64,000 bases of DNA from Candidatus Daviesbacteria bacterium. Lineage in GTDB: Bacteria; Patescibacteriota; Microgenomatia; Daviesbacterales; UBA10151. Location: positions 148,356 to 212,355 of the forward strand of contig JAQUSJ010000001.1 in assembly GCA_028715175.1 (NCBI GenBank), given 5' to 3'. Below the pieces are notes generated by a model. The model did not search any database. It had not been told where the DNA came from and saw only the letters and a program-made list of their open reading frames with translations. Each line of letters opens with the position of its first letter. Position 1 is the stretch's first letter. The translations under genes were made by a program, and so were the position numbers. Below, one piece after another: positions 9,312 through 18,597 of this stretch.

Positions 9312-11522
9312 ATGAGCTTTCTAAGTAACCTCGCTAATCTATTACCAATTGGTAAAAAAGAAGAAACGAAGGAATATTTTTTTGCGCTTAATATCGGAAC
9401 GGAAACTTTGACGGCCGCTCTTTGGGTTATTGAAGGTTTAAACTTAAAAATTTTAGAAACAGCTTCAGATAATTACTCTTCGAATGATGATATTGCGACT
9501 GTTACGGATAAACTTTTGGATGCTGTCTTAGGCTTAAAAGAGGTTGAACCCCAAAAAATTCTCTTTGGTGTACCAAATTCCTGGATTGCGGATGAAAATC
9601 TAAAAGACGAGTATTTAAAGATTCTTAAAAGTTTAGTGAAAGAATTGGAACTGGTTCCAATGGCATACGTCGCTACAAGTCATGCCTTAATTCATTTCTT
9701 GGAGAAACAAGAAGGTGTTCCGACAACTGCCATACTGGTTGGTTTTGAGAAGCAACATCTAACCGTAATTGTGGTTCGGGCAGGGAAACTTGATGGTGTA
9801 AGAGTTATAGCGAGAGGAGAAACTGCCGGTTCGGATATAGAAAAAGCGCTACTTGCATTCACGGATGTGGAGACCTTACCTTCTAAGATTTTAATTTATG
9901 GGGAGCAAACTGAAAATTTAAAAAGCCAACTATTGTCTTTTTCCTGGATGTCAAAACTTTCTTTCCTGCATCTTCCCAAAATAGATGTTTTGGGAGACGA
10001 TGCTCCGATTAAAAGTGTTTGTTTGGCCGGAGGATCGGAGATAAACAGTGATATTAAATTTACCGAGCAGCATATTCAGAAGTCCCCTGTCAAATCGACC
10101 TTGATTGATACCGGTGAGGAAGAGATCAAGAACAAGATTGAGGTGGATGATTCTGCTGCCCAAGAAAATTTCGGATTTGTTGTCGGGGATGTTTCGAATC
10201 AGAAAAAATCAGCCCCGATTGAATCTGGGTTAAAGAGTCAAGAGACCGGTGAGTCAGAAGAACTTGTGGTTTCGCAAGAGCATGCTTTAGAAGTTGAAGA
10301 TTTTGAGCAAGAAATGCCCGTAACAAGCGAATCTCCAAAAGAAATACATAAAGAAAAATTTAATCTCAAACGATTTATCCCAAAGCAAAATTTTACAACT
10401 ATGACTATAATTATCGGGGTAATTCTGGCACTGGTTTTGATTGGGGGCGCTTATGTTTTTCTACCAAAAGCAAACATGAAGATTTTTGTAGAACCGAAGA
10501 TTGTAGAACGGGATACCCAAGTTGTGGCTGATCCAAATCAAAAAACCGTTAACGAAGACGGGAAAATCATTCCGGGACAGATTATCGAGACGGAGGTATC
10601 CGGATCGGCAAAAGACAGTGCTTCCGGTAAAAGACAGATTGGCGATCCGGCAAAAGGGACGATTGTGCTTTACAATAAAACTTTAGATTCCATCTCTTTG
10701 AGTAAGGGAACACAAGTTAGTAAAGGGAGTATAAAATTTACACTGGATACCAGTGTAACAATTGCCTCATCGTCCGCCAGTGATACCGGAATTGCTTTTG
10801 GTAAAGTTAATACTACAGTTACAGCAGTAGCAGTCGGAGCTGACGGAAATATTTCATCAGGTGCGGATATAACGGTTGCGGGATATTCATCGGATAAATT
10901 AACGGCAAAATCAGAAGGTAATTTTTCCGGAGGAACCTCTAAGGATGTAACTGTTGTTTCAAGTGAGGATACTCAGCGACTTCTGGCCAAGTTATCTTCG
11001 GATTTAAGGCAACAAGCTCAACAGAAATTACAGGAGAAATATCCTAACAAGAAAATTCTGGAAGAAGCGCTGTCGGAACAAATTACCAGTAAAAGCTATA
11101 ACAAAAATGTTAATGATCAGGCAAGTGAATTTTCGCTAAATATGACCATTCGTTATAAAGGTACGGCGTTTGATGATAATGATCTTAAATCAATTGTTTC
11201 AAAGTTAGTAAATATGCAAGTGCCTGATGGTTTTAAGCTTGATATTTCGGCAACCGAAACCCAGGCAGATGTTTCTAAGCTGGAAAAGGACGGGAAGTTG
11301 ATATTTTTAGCAAGGTTTAAGGCAAAATTAATACCCAAGATCGATATGGATAAAATTAAAGATAAGATTAAATTTAAGAGTTACTCTGAAGCTACGAACA
11401 TTATTAAAGAAATGGAGAATGTTTTGGGTTCCGAAATTAATATAACTCCTGCTTTACCGAAAGCGATTCAACGACTGCCAATACTTTCAAAAAATATCAC
11501 GATTGAGGTGGGACTTAAATGA
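9312..11522 (+). CDS. Membrane protein with an N-terminal FtsA/PilM-like actin-fold domain, one TM helix and a large extracytoplasmic C-terminal domain
   Basis: FALNIGTETLTAALWVIEG actin-fold start. TM helix IIIGVILALVLIGGAYVFL at about aa 365. Ser/Thr/Gly-rich external region. Confidence 0.5.
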   Translation: MSFLSNLANLLPIGKKEETKEYFFALNIGTETLTAALWVIEGLNLKILETASDNYSSNDDIATVTDKLLDAVLGLKEVEPQKILFGVPNSWIADENLKDEYLKILKSLVKELELVPMAYVATSHALIHFLEKQEGVPTTAILVGFEKQHLTVIVVRAGKLDGVRVIARGETAGSDIEKALLAFTDVETLPSKILIYGEQTENLKSQLLSFSWMSKLSFLHLPKIDVLGDDAPIKSVCLAGGSEINSDIKFTEQHIQKSPVKSTLIDTGEEEIKNKIEVDDSAAQENFGFVVGDVSNQKKSAPIESGLKSQETGESEELVVSQEHALEVEDFEQEMPVTSESPKEIHKEKFNLKRFIPKQNFTTMTIIIGVILALVLIGGAYVFLPKANMKIFVEPKIVERDTQVVADPNQKTVNEDGKIIPGQIIETEVSGSAKDSASGKRQIGDPAKGTIVLYNKTLDSISLSKGTQVSKGSIKFTLDTSVTIASSSASDTGIAFGKVNTTVTAVAVGADGNISSGADITVAGYSSDKLTAKSEGNFSGGTSKDVTVVSSEDTQRLLAKLSSDLRQQAQQKLQEKYPNKKILEEALSEQITSKSYNKNVNDQASEFSLNMTIRYKGTAFDDNDLKSIVSKLVNMQVPDGFKLDISATETQADVSKLEKDGKLIFLARFKAKLIPKIDMDKIKDKIKFKSYSEATNIIKEMENVLGSEINITPALPKAIQRLPILSKNITIEVGLK

Positions 11523-12175
11523 TTGCTACCCTCCGCCGGTCCCAGGGGAAACTCATTTCAAGTCTATTTTTATCAGTCGGAATCTTTCTTTTGATACAAG
11601 TTATTGCACCACTTGTATCGTTTGAGGTATGGGCGATTGGACAGAAAATAAATAGCCGGACTTTGGTTAGTCCTGTTAAATCAAGCGAGCAAATTCCAGG
11701 TGTTTCAGTGCAAGATCGGAATAATTTTCCTGCTTTTATTTCTTCTTTGAAGAGGGAGACTCAACCCAATTATGATCGGTTTAGCTTGTCTATTCCAAAA
11801 TTAAAGATCGAAAGACAAGATGTTTTAGTTGATACGAATTATCTCTCGGAGAACCTGGCTCATCTGTCGGGATCTGCTTTGCCGGGCGAGAAAGGTAATG
11901 TATTTATTTCCGGCCATTCTGCACTAAGTCAATTTTCCGTTATAAAAAGTGTCCCTTTTTCAAAACTACCTGAATTAAAAAAGGGCGATCAAATTATTGT
12001 TGAAACTTCCGGGTCAGAGTTTATCTATGAAGTTTCCGATTTTAAAGTTGTTGATCCGACAGATTTATCCGTTGTAGAAGCACCGGAAACTCAAGGTAGA
12101 TACATTTCTTTGATGACTTGTGTACCACCAGGTTTAAACCTAAAGCGACTGGTTGTTTTAGGGAAAATGATATAA
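11519..12175 (+). CDS. Sortase family transpeptidase
   Basis: N-terminal TM anchor, catalytic His (FISGHSA), Cys (LMTCVPPG) and Arg (KRLVV). Confidence 0.75.
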   Translation: MIATLRRSQGKLISSLFLSVGIFLLIQVIAPLVSFEVWAIGQKINSRTLVSPVKSSEQIPGVSVQDRNNFPAFISSLKRETQPNYDRFSLSIPKLKIERQDVLVDTNYLSENLAHLSGSALPGEKGNVFISGHSALSQFSVIKSVPFSKLPELKKGDQIIVETSGSEFIYEVSDFKVVDPTDLSVVEAPETQGRYISLMTCVPPGLNLKRLVVLGKMI

Positions 12176-12285
12176 TGGAGTAGCTCGTTACGTACAAAAT
12201 ATGCTAACTTGCTGACTCGTCGATGCACAAAGCCAGCTTACTTGCGACTTCGCTGCTCCTTATAGATTTATAATCACTAGCAGAA

Positions 12286-12310
12286 AACCCCGCTTTCTTA
12301 AAGCGGGGAT
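12286..12310 (+). terminator. Rho-independent terminator-like hairpin (ccccgctttcttaaagcgggg) after the sortase gene
   Basis: Perfect 8-bp GC stem with a 5-nt loop; the downstream T tract is weak. Confidence 0.4.
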
Positions 12311-12430
12311 GAATGCTAAAGTGATTACAGTCTTCCGCGGAAAGTTCGGTGGAATAAGCAAGGTAGGGTTTTCTGCTGTTCTTGTAAACTTGAAAGGAGA
12401 AAACCGCGGATTTTCAGTCCGCGGAAGTTT

Positions 12431-12808
12431 ATGAAGTATCTTGGAATAGATTTTGGAATGAAAAGAATAGGATTGGCAATTTCAGAAGGCGAGCTTGCTT
12501 CTCCGTGGCAGATTTTAGAAGTTAAAGGTTTCTCCGAGACGATAGAAAAAATTTCACAAATTATTGAAAATGGACAATTTCAAAAAATAATTGTAGGATT
12601 ACCTGAGGGGAAAATGGGGCAAAACGTGAGAGGCTTTGTTAAGGCTTTAAACAAAATGGGGATTGAGATAGAAACTATGGATGAAACGTTATCCAGCAAA
12701 AAGGCGCTGCAGGCTATGATTGAGCAAGGTATTGGTGTAAAAAAGCGCCGAAACGAAGATGCTTTTTCAGCTGCAGAAATTTTGCAGGATTATTTGGATA
12801 ATCTATGA
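12431..12808 (+). CDS. ruvX: Putative pre-16S rRNA nuclease / Holliday junction resolvase-like YqgF
   Basis: LGIDFGMKRIGLAISEGELASPW RNase H-fold start; 125 aa. Confidence 0.8.
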   Translation: MKYLGIDFGMKRIGLAISEGELASPWQILEVKGFSETIEKISQIIENGQFQKIIVGLPEGKMGQNVRGFVKALNKMGIEIETMDETLSSKKALQAMIEQGIGVKKRRNEDAFSAAEILQDYLDNL

Positions 12809-13785
12809 GAAAAAAAACCAATAATATAACTTTTATAATCATAATAACTTTTATAATTGTTATAGTGATTTGTGGTTGGTGGAATAGCCAGCTTGTTCCG
12901 GTTTCTTCTGATAAATCTACTAAAGTTTTTGTTATAGCTAAAGGAGTTGGTGTATCGGATATTGCAAAAAAGTTAAAAGAAGAAAATTTGATTAAATCCG
13001 AACTGGTTTTTAAGATTTATATTAAACAAAACAACTTCACTAATAAACTTCAAGCAGGTTCATATAAACTCTCTCCTTCAATGTCTGTACAAGAATTGGT
13101 AAAAAATTTACAAATCGGCAGTGAAGATGTCTGGGTTACGTTAATAGAAGGTTGGCGGCTTGAGGAAATGGCAGATAAGCTAAATGAGCAGTTAAAGATT
13201 GATAAGAAGCAGTTTCTAAAGAGTGCAAAAGAGGGTTATATGTTTCCTGATACATATCTTTTTCCCAAAGAAGCAACAGTAGAGTATGTAACTGATACTT
13301 TGAGAAAAACTTTTGATACTCGTTTAAACTCGGAACTGCGGTCTAAAATCCGTTCTCAGGGATTAACAGAAGAGCAGGGAGTAATTTTGGCGTCAATAGT
13401 TGAAAGAGAAGCCAGATCTGATAAAGCAAGGATGGAAGTTGCCAGTATTTTACTAAAAAGATTTAAGATCGGTATGGGGTTAAATGCTGATGCAACTGTA
13501 CAATATGCTTTGGTTCCAAAGGGATCAGAAAACGCGCCGGCTGACGGATGGTGGAAAAGAAATTTAACTAAAGATGATCTGAAGATAGATTCTCCGTATA
13601 ATACTTATTTGCATTCTGGTTTACCTCCAACCCCAATTTGCAATCCCGGACTTGCATCTTTACAAGCCGTTGCCAATGTCGACCCTTCGACTCCTTATCT
13701 TTATTATTATCATGATTCAAAAGGGGTATCCCATTATGCTAAAACTTTGGAAGAACACAATCAAAACGTAGTCAATTATCCATAA
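12805..13785 (+). CDS. mltG: Endolytic murein transglycosylase MltG (YceG)
   Basis: N-terminal TM helix, YceG-like domain, LPPTPICNPG motif; conserved ruvX-mltG adjacency. Confidence 0.8.
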   Translation: MRKKTNNITFIIIITFIIVIVICGWWNSQLVPVSSDKSTKVFVIAKGVGVSDIAKKLKEENLIKSELVFKIYIKQNNFTNKLQAGSYKLSPSMSVQELVKNLQIGSEDVWVTLIEGWRLEEMADKLNEQLKIDKKQFLKSAKEGYMFPDTYLFPKEATVEYVTDTLRKTFDTRLNSELRSKIRSQGLTEEQGVILASIVEREARSDKARMEVASILLKRFKIGMGLNADATVQYALVPKGSENAPADGWWKRNLTKDDLKIDSPYNTYLHSGLPPTPICNPGLASLQAVANVDPSTPYLYYYHDSKGVSHYAKTLEEHNQNVVNYP

Positions 13786-13833
13786 ATACTTTTTCTTCAT
13801 GCTTTTGGCCGCAAAAGCGCGGGAAAACTCTTT

Positions 13834-14220
13834 TTGTTATACTCAGCAATACTTATGTATAAGTTTTGGGGGAAGATTAAAAAACATAATCAAAGAGGAA
13901 AAAAATTGGGGTTTCCAACAGCTAATATAAATCTTAAAAAAAATATTCCGGAAGGGATTTTCATTTCCAGAACTAAAATTAAAAATAAATTTTATCCTTC
14001 ACTTACCTTTATTGGAATAGCCAAAACTTTTAATGAAAAAAGATTCCACGCTGAAACCTATATTTTGGATTTTGATCAAGATATTTATGGCAAATGGATT
14101 TCTGTAAAACTTTTAAAAAAGATCAGGAATAATAAAAAATTTAATTCTACTAAAGAGCTAATTGTTCAAATAAAAAAAGATACACAAGAAGCTAAGAAAT
14201 ATTTTAGTGAAATTCTTTAA
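13834..14220 (+). CDS. Riboflavin kinase (RibF C-terminal-type monofunctional)
   Basis: GKKLGFPTANI..., YILDFDQDIYG riboflavin kinase motifs; start may be the Met 8 residues in. Confidence 0.65.
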   Translation: MLYSAILMYKFWGKIKKHNQRGKKLGFPTANINLKKNIPEGIFISRTKIKNKFYPSLTFIGIAKTFNEKRFHAETYILDFDQDIYGKWISVKLLKKIRNNKKFNSTKELIVQIKKDTQEAKKYFSEIL

Positions 14221-14849
14221 AGATCAGCCATTTGTTTCAGTTTTAAACCCGCTGGCGAATCTAAGATTGGTATAATTATTTCGAGATGAGAGTCTAGTAT
14301 TGTAGTGAATCCTATAGGTGAATAATGAAAATAGCTATTTACATTTTGAAATTTTTCATTAAAATTCGCCATATTCTTCTTCAGATTAACCTTAGAAGAT
14401 TTATCAATAATACCAGATACTGTTTCATGAGCCGTCATCAAACGGCTTCTAATATTTAGTAAAAACAGTTCCACGGTATTTCCATAATTAACAATATAAT
14501 TTGCTCTTTCAATATCAAAATAGAATCTATTAATACCATTTATTTGGTCAGAATCCAAATCTTTAATAAATAGATGAGAGTACTTATTCCAATTATTCTG
14601 AGGTAAAATAATTAGTTCTGGTATTTCGTTTGCCTTGTTCCGCGTTTTTAGAGCCTGTATGGCTGTCTCTGCATTTCTTATCTCATTTACTAGAAGAGCG
14701 GCGATCTGCCGTTTCTCTGCATCTTTTTGGCGTTTATAAAGAATTATTGCTCCTGCAACTGTGAATATAGTGGAAAGGCCTACAAAAAAATTAGAATCTA
14801 GGAAACTTTGCCAAATAGAAGAAATGTTTAATGCTGTCCAAAAAGTCAT
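14217..14849 (-). CDS. Hypothetical membrane-anchored protein (N-terminal TM, no recognisable domain)
   Basis: Long ORF on the opposite strand between + strand genes; TM helix FFVGLSTIFTVAGAIILY; no family assigned. Confidence 0.4.
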   Translation of the reverse strand: MTFWTALNISSIWQSFLDSNFFVGLSTIFTVAGAIILYKRQKDAEKRQIAALLVNEIRNAETAIQALKTRNKANEIPELIILPQNNWNKYSHLFIKDLDSDQINGINRFYFDIERANYIVNYGNTVELFLLNIRSRLMTAHETVSGIIDKSSKVNLKKNMANFNEKFQNVNSYFHYSPIGFTTILDSHLEIIIPILDSPAGLKLKQMADL

Positions 14850-15015
14850 ATTCTTGGGCAGCTGAAGATTATAGTAGCATAATTCAAATAACTGTCAATA
14901 GTACCAATAATTTCCCTCTTGACGATCAGTACCTTGAAACTCCCGAAGTTGCAGGTTATATTTTAAGCAATATTTAGCAAGATTAAGCAATATCTGGCAA
15001 TAAATAATTTGCCTC

Positions 15016-15044
15016 TTGACGAGTGGGTTTCCTTGTGTTAAATT
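15016..15044 (+). promoter_or_regulatory. Sigma70-like promoter upstream of rpoB (TTGACG-17-TAAATT)
   Basis: -35 TTGACG at 15016-15021, 17-nt spacer, -10 TAAATT at 15039-15044, about 100 nt upstream of the rpoB start. Confidence 0.4.
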
Positions 15045-15148
15045 GAGTTCAATTAAATAGAAAAAATGAAGGCGTACGGGTACGTATGCTTCTTTTTGTT
15101 GATTCTGCCCAATTACGATCAACAAGATCAAAAATAGGCCATCTACTA

Positions 15149-18100
15149 ATGTCATTAAACTTATCTAATACTAAAATTTACGAGCGTAAATATTTTAGCA
15201 AAGCACCTTCTATAGTACCTGAACTTAATTTAATCCAAATTCAGCTAGATTCATATCGTTGGTTTATGCAAACAGGAATCAGGGAGGTTCTTAAAGAGAT
15301 CTCCCCTGTTGAAGACTTCACAGGCAAAAATTGGACCCTGGAACTAGGGTCTTTTTATTTCGGTAAACCCAAATATGCTTCCGAAGAAGCTTCTCTAAAA
15401 GGTGTAACTTATGACGCGCCTCTTAAAATAGAGGCCATTTTAATTAATAAACAAACCGGCCAAAGATACAAACAAGAGGTTTTTTTGGGAGATGTCCCCC
15501 AAATGACAGAGAAGGGCACCTTTATCATTAATGGGGTAGAGAGAGTTATTATTAACCAATTGGTTCGTTCGCCGGGGGTATTTTTTCAAGCATCTGACGA
15601 CCCGATTACCGGAAAAAGATTATTCTCGGCAGAAATACGTCCATATCGGGGTTCATGGCTTGAATTTTCAATAACAAGGGGTGGAGTTTTGACTGCGAAA
15701 ATAGACAGAAGAAGGAAATTTGCCGCGACGACCCTGCTTCGTGCGTTGGGATTTTCCGATAATGAATCAATTATCGCACAATTTACCGATGTTGATACAG
15801 GGGAGGATAAATTCATTGATACAACACTTGCAAAAGATCCGACTACCAATACTGAAGAAGCTTTACTTGAGATTTTCCGAAAAATGCGCCCGGGTGATCC
15901 GGTTGTTTTGGATAATGCAAAAGCGCTTTTGGATGGGATGTTTTTTAATGCCAGACGTTACAACTTAATCAAAGTGGGCAGATACAAGATTAACAAAAGA
16001 TTAAATTTAAATTTACCAAATGTGCCGGAGAATTGGGTTTTAACCAAGGAAGATATAATTGCTACCTTAAAATATCTAATGAAATTAAATTATGGTGAGG
16101 GTAAATTGGATGATATTGATCACCTTGCCAACAGACGCGTCAGGTGTGCCGGAGAATTGGTCCAGCAAAATGCTTTTAGAATTGGAGTGCTCCGGCTTGA
16201 GCGGATTATAAAAGAAAGAATGAGTCTGACTGCTGCTGATCAGGAGGTTTCACCCGGTAGTTTAATTAATGCCAAACCGGTAATCGCCGCAATTAATGAA
16301 TTTTTCCGTTCTTCGCAACTTTCATCTATTCTGGATCAAGTGAATCCTTTATCAGAACTGGATCATTTGAGAAGACTTTCTGTTATGGGGTCAGGAGGCA
16401 TTACAAGAGATAGAGCTTCTTTTTCTGTCCGCGATATTAACCATTCCCAATACGGGAGGATTGATCCGATTAGATCTCCTGAAGGTCAAAATATTGGTTT
16501 GGTTACATATCTGGCGCTTTATGCTCGTATCAACGAATACGGATTTTTGGAAACTCCTTACAGAAAGGTAGTCATGCAGAAAGGTAAACCCAGGGTAACG
16601 AATGAGATTATCTACTTTACTGCAGACGATGAAGAAAATTATCATATTACCGAGGCGACGGTAAATTTAGATGAAAATGGTTATATCCTGGATGAACGGG
16701 TGCCAACCCGTTTCCAGGGGAGTTTTTATGAAGGGTTTGCCAAAGATATTTCATTCATTGATATTTCTCCGCAACAGATTTTCGGAACAAGCGCATCATT
16801 AATTCCATTTTTGGCAAATGATGATGCCAACAGAGCTTTGATGGGTACTCAAATGCAATGTCAGGCTGTTCCACTGCTTCGTCCATCAGCACCCATTGTT
16901 GGTACAGGCATGGAGAGGATCGTTGCTGACAATATGGGTAGAGTTATCAGAGCTCCCGAGGACGGCGTTATAAAATATGTAGACGGCAAAAAACTTATAT
17001 TAAAGACCAAAAAGCAAGAAATCAGCTTCGAAATCAAAAAATTTGTACACTCGCCTCAAGGCACTTGTTACTCTCAGCGGCCTGTTGTTAATGTCGGCAA
17101 TAAGGTTGCCAAAGGCGATCTTTTAATTGATGGAGCAGCGTGTGAGAATGGCGAACTTGCGCTGGGCCAGAATTTGTTAATCGCCTATATGAGTTTCGAA
17201 GGCTTAGGTTATGAAGACGCTATTGTCATTTCAGATCGATTGGTAAAAGAAGATACATTAACTTCAATTCATATTGAAGAATATGAAGTTGATGTTGTTG
17301 AGACCAAATTAGGACCGGAAGAGTTGACAAATGATATTCCAAATGTATCTGAAGAAGCGCTGGTAAACCTGGATGAAAAAGGAATTGTCAGGATCGGCGC
17401 AGAAGTAGGACCAAACGATATTATTATCGGTAAAGTTCAGCCTAAGGGCGAGACTGAACTTACTGCTGAAGAAAGATTACTGCGGGCTATTTTTGGGGAA
17501 AAAGCAAAAGAAGTCAGGGATACCAGTTTGCGGATTCCGCACGGAGAGCGAGGTACTGTTATTGGAGTACAAATTTTATCCCGGGATGAGGGCGACGAGT
17601 TGGATACAGGAACTCTGATGAGAATTAAAGTTAAAGTTGCCCAACTACGGAAAGTAACTGCCGGGGACAAATTGGCAGGCCGTCACGGAAATAAAGGAGT
17701 AATTTCAAAGATTGTTCCTGTTGCTGATATGCCCCATCTTGCAGATGGTACAGCCATAGATATTATTATTTCTCCCTTGTCGGTTTTGTCCCGTATGAAT
17801 CTTGGACAACTGTTGGAGACTCACTGGGGTTTTGCAGCGCAAAAATTAGGTCATAAAATAGCCGCACCTGTTTTTGAAAAAATTCCTGAAGAAAAATTAA
17901 TAGAAGCACTGCAAAAAGCCGGATACCCGACTGATGGTAAAGTACAGCTTTTTGATGGCAGGACAGGTGAACCTTTTGGTAACAAAATTGTGGTAGGTAG
18001 AAATTATATCCTTAAACTGATTCATATGGTTGAGGAAAAGATTCATGCTCGCTCTACAGGTCCGTACTCCTTAGTTACACAGCAGCCTTTGGGTGGAAAG

Positions 18101-18520
18101 GCTCAAATGGGGGGCCAGCGGTTGGGAGAGATGGAAGTTTGGGCTTTGGAAGCATATGGAGCGGCCAATATTCTGCAGGAAATGTTGACTATCAAATCTG
18201 ATGACGTTGTTGGAAGAGCTAAGGCTTTTGAAGCAATTGTTAAGGGAATTGATATACCGCAGGCTTTAATCCCTGAATCTTTCAAGGTATTGGTAAAAGA
18301 GCTCCAAGCTTTAGGTTTATCTGTTGAAACGCTTGGAGCAAAAATAGTCCAGGCGGAGGAGTTGGAAGAAAAACCGGAAGTAGTAGAGGAAGTAGCCGAG
18401 CTTCAGGAAGCGCTCGGAATGCAGCCAACTGCCACCCAGGGAGAACTTGAGGCAGAGGGAAGTCCTTTTGAAGTTGTAGATGCAGGTTCTGAAGTTGAAA
18501 AAGAAAAGGAGGAATCATAG
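15149..18520 (+). CDS. rpoB: DNA-directed RNA polymerase subunit beta
   Basis: Start moved to MSLNLSNTKIYERKYF (matches the RpoB N-terminus); full-length RpoB motifs throughout. Confidence 0.95.
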   Translation: MSLNLSNTKIYERKYFSKAPSIVPELNLIQIQLDSYRWFMQTGIREVLKEISPVEDFTGKNWTLELGSFYFGKPKYASEEASLKGVTYDAPLKIEAILINKQTGQRYKQEVFLGDVPQMTEKGTFIINGVERVIINQLVRSPGVFFQASDDPITGKRLFSAEIRPYRGSWLEFSITRGGVLTAKIDRRRKFAATTLLRALGFSDNESIIAQFTDVDTGEDKFIDTTLAKDPTTNTEEALLEIFRKMRPGDPVVLDNAKALLDGMFFNARRYNLIKVGRYKINKRLNLNLPNVPENWVLTKEDIIATLKYLMKLNYGEGKLDDIDHLANRRVRCAGELVQQNAFRIGVLRLERIIKERMSLTAADQEVSPGSLINAKPVIAAINEFFRSSQLSSILDQVNPLSELDHLRRLSVMGSGGITRDRASFSVRDINHSQYGRIDPIRSPEGQNIGLVTYLALYARINEYGFLETPYRKVVMQKGKPRVTNEIIYFTADDEENYHITEATVNLDENGYILDERVPTRFQGSFYEGFAKDISFIDISPQQIFGTSASLIPFLANDDANRALMGTQMQCQAVPLLRPSAPIVGTGMERIVADNMGRVIRAPEDGVIKYVDGKKLILKTKKQEISFEIKKFVHSPQGTCYSQRPVVNVGNKVAKGDLLIDGAACENGELALGQNLLIAYMSFEGLGYEDAIVISDRLVKEDTLTSIHIEEYEVDVVETKLGPEELTNDIPNVSEEALVNLDEKGIVRIGAEVGPNDIIIGKVQPKGETELTAEERLLRAIFGEKAKEVRDTSLRIPHGERGTVIGVQILSRDEGDELDTGTLMRIKVKVAQLRKVTAGDKLAGRHGNKGVISKIVPVADMPHLADGTAIDIIISPLSVLSRMNLGQLLETHWGFAAQKLGHKIAAPVFEKIPEEKLIEALQKAGYPTDGKVQLFDGRTGEPFGNKIVVGRNYILKLIHMVEEKIHARSTGPYSLVTQQPLGGKAQMGGQRLGEMEVWALEAYGAANILQEMLTIKSDDVVGRAKAFEAIVKGIDIPQALIPESFKVLVKELQALGLSVETLGAKIVQAEELEEKPEVVEEVAELQEALGMQPTATQGELEAEGSPFEVVDAGSEVEKEKEES

Positions 18521-18597
18521 CTATCAGTCTTCAGCTATCAGCTATCAGACAAAAACAAAAAGTCTGACGACTGACAGCGAAGCGATACTGAAAGCTG

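Noticed and set aside
12176-12285. Possible tRNA or small RNA in the sortase-ruvX intergenic region
   Set aside because: No cloverleaf-compatible acceptor/T-arm pairing found. Only a degenerate repeat fragment (cgacttcgctgc) and a terminator hairpin are evident.
14895-15155. Minus-strand 86-aa ORF in the rpoB upstream region
   Set aside because: It covers the promoter and duplicated-motif region and the start of rpoB; no coding signal.
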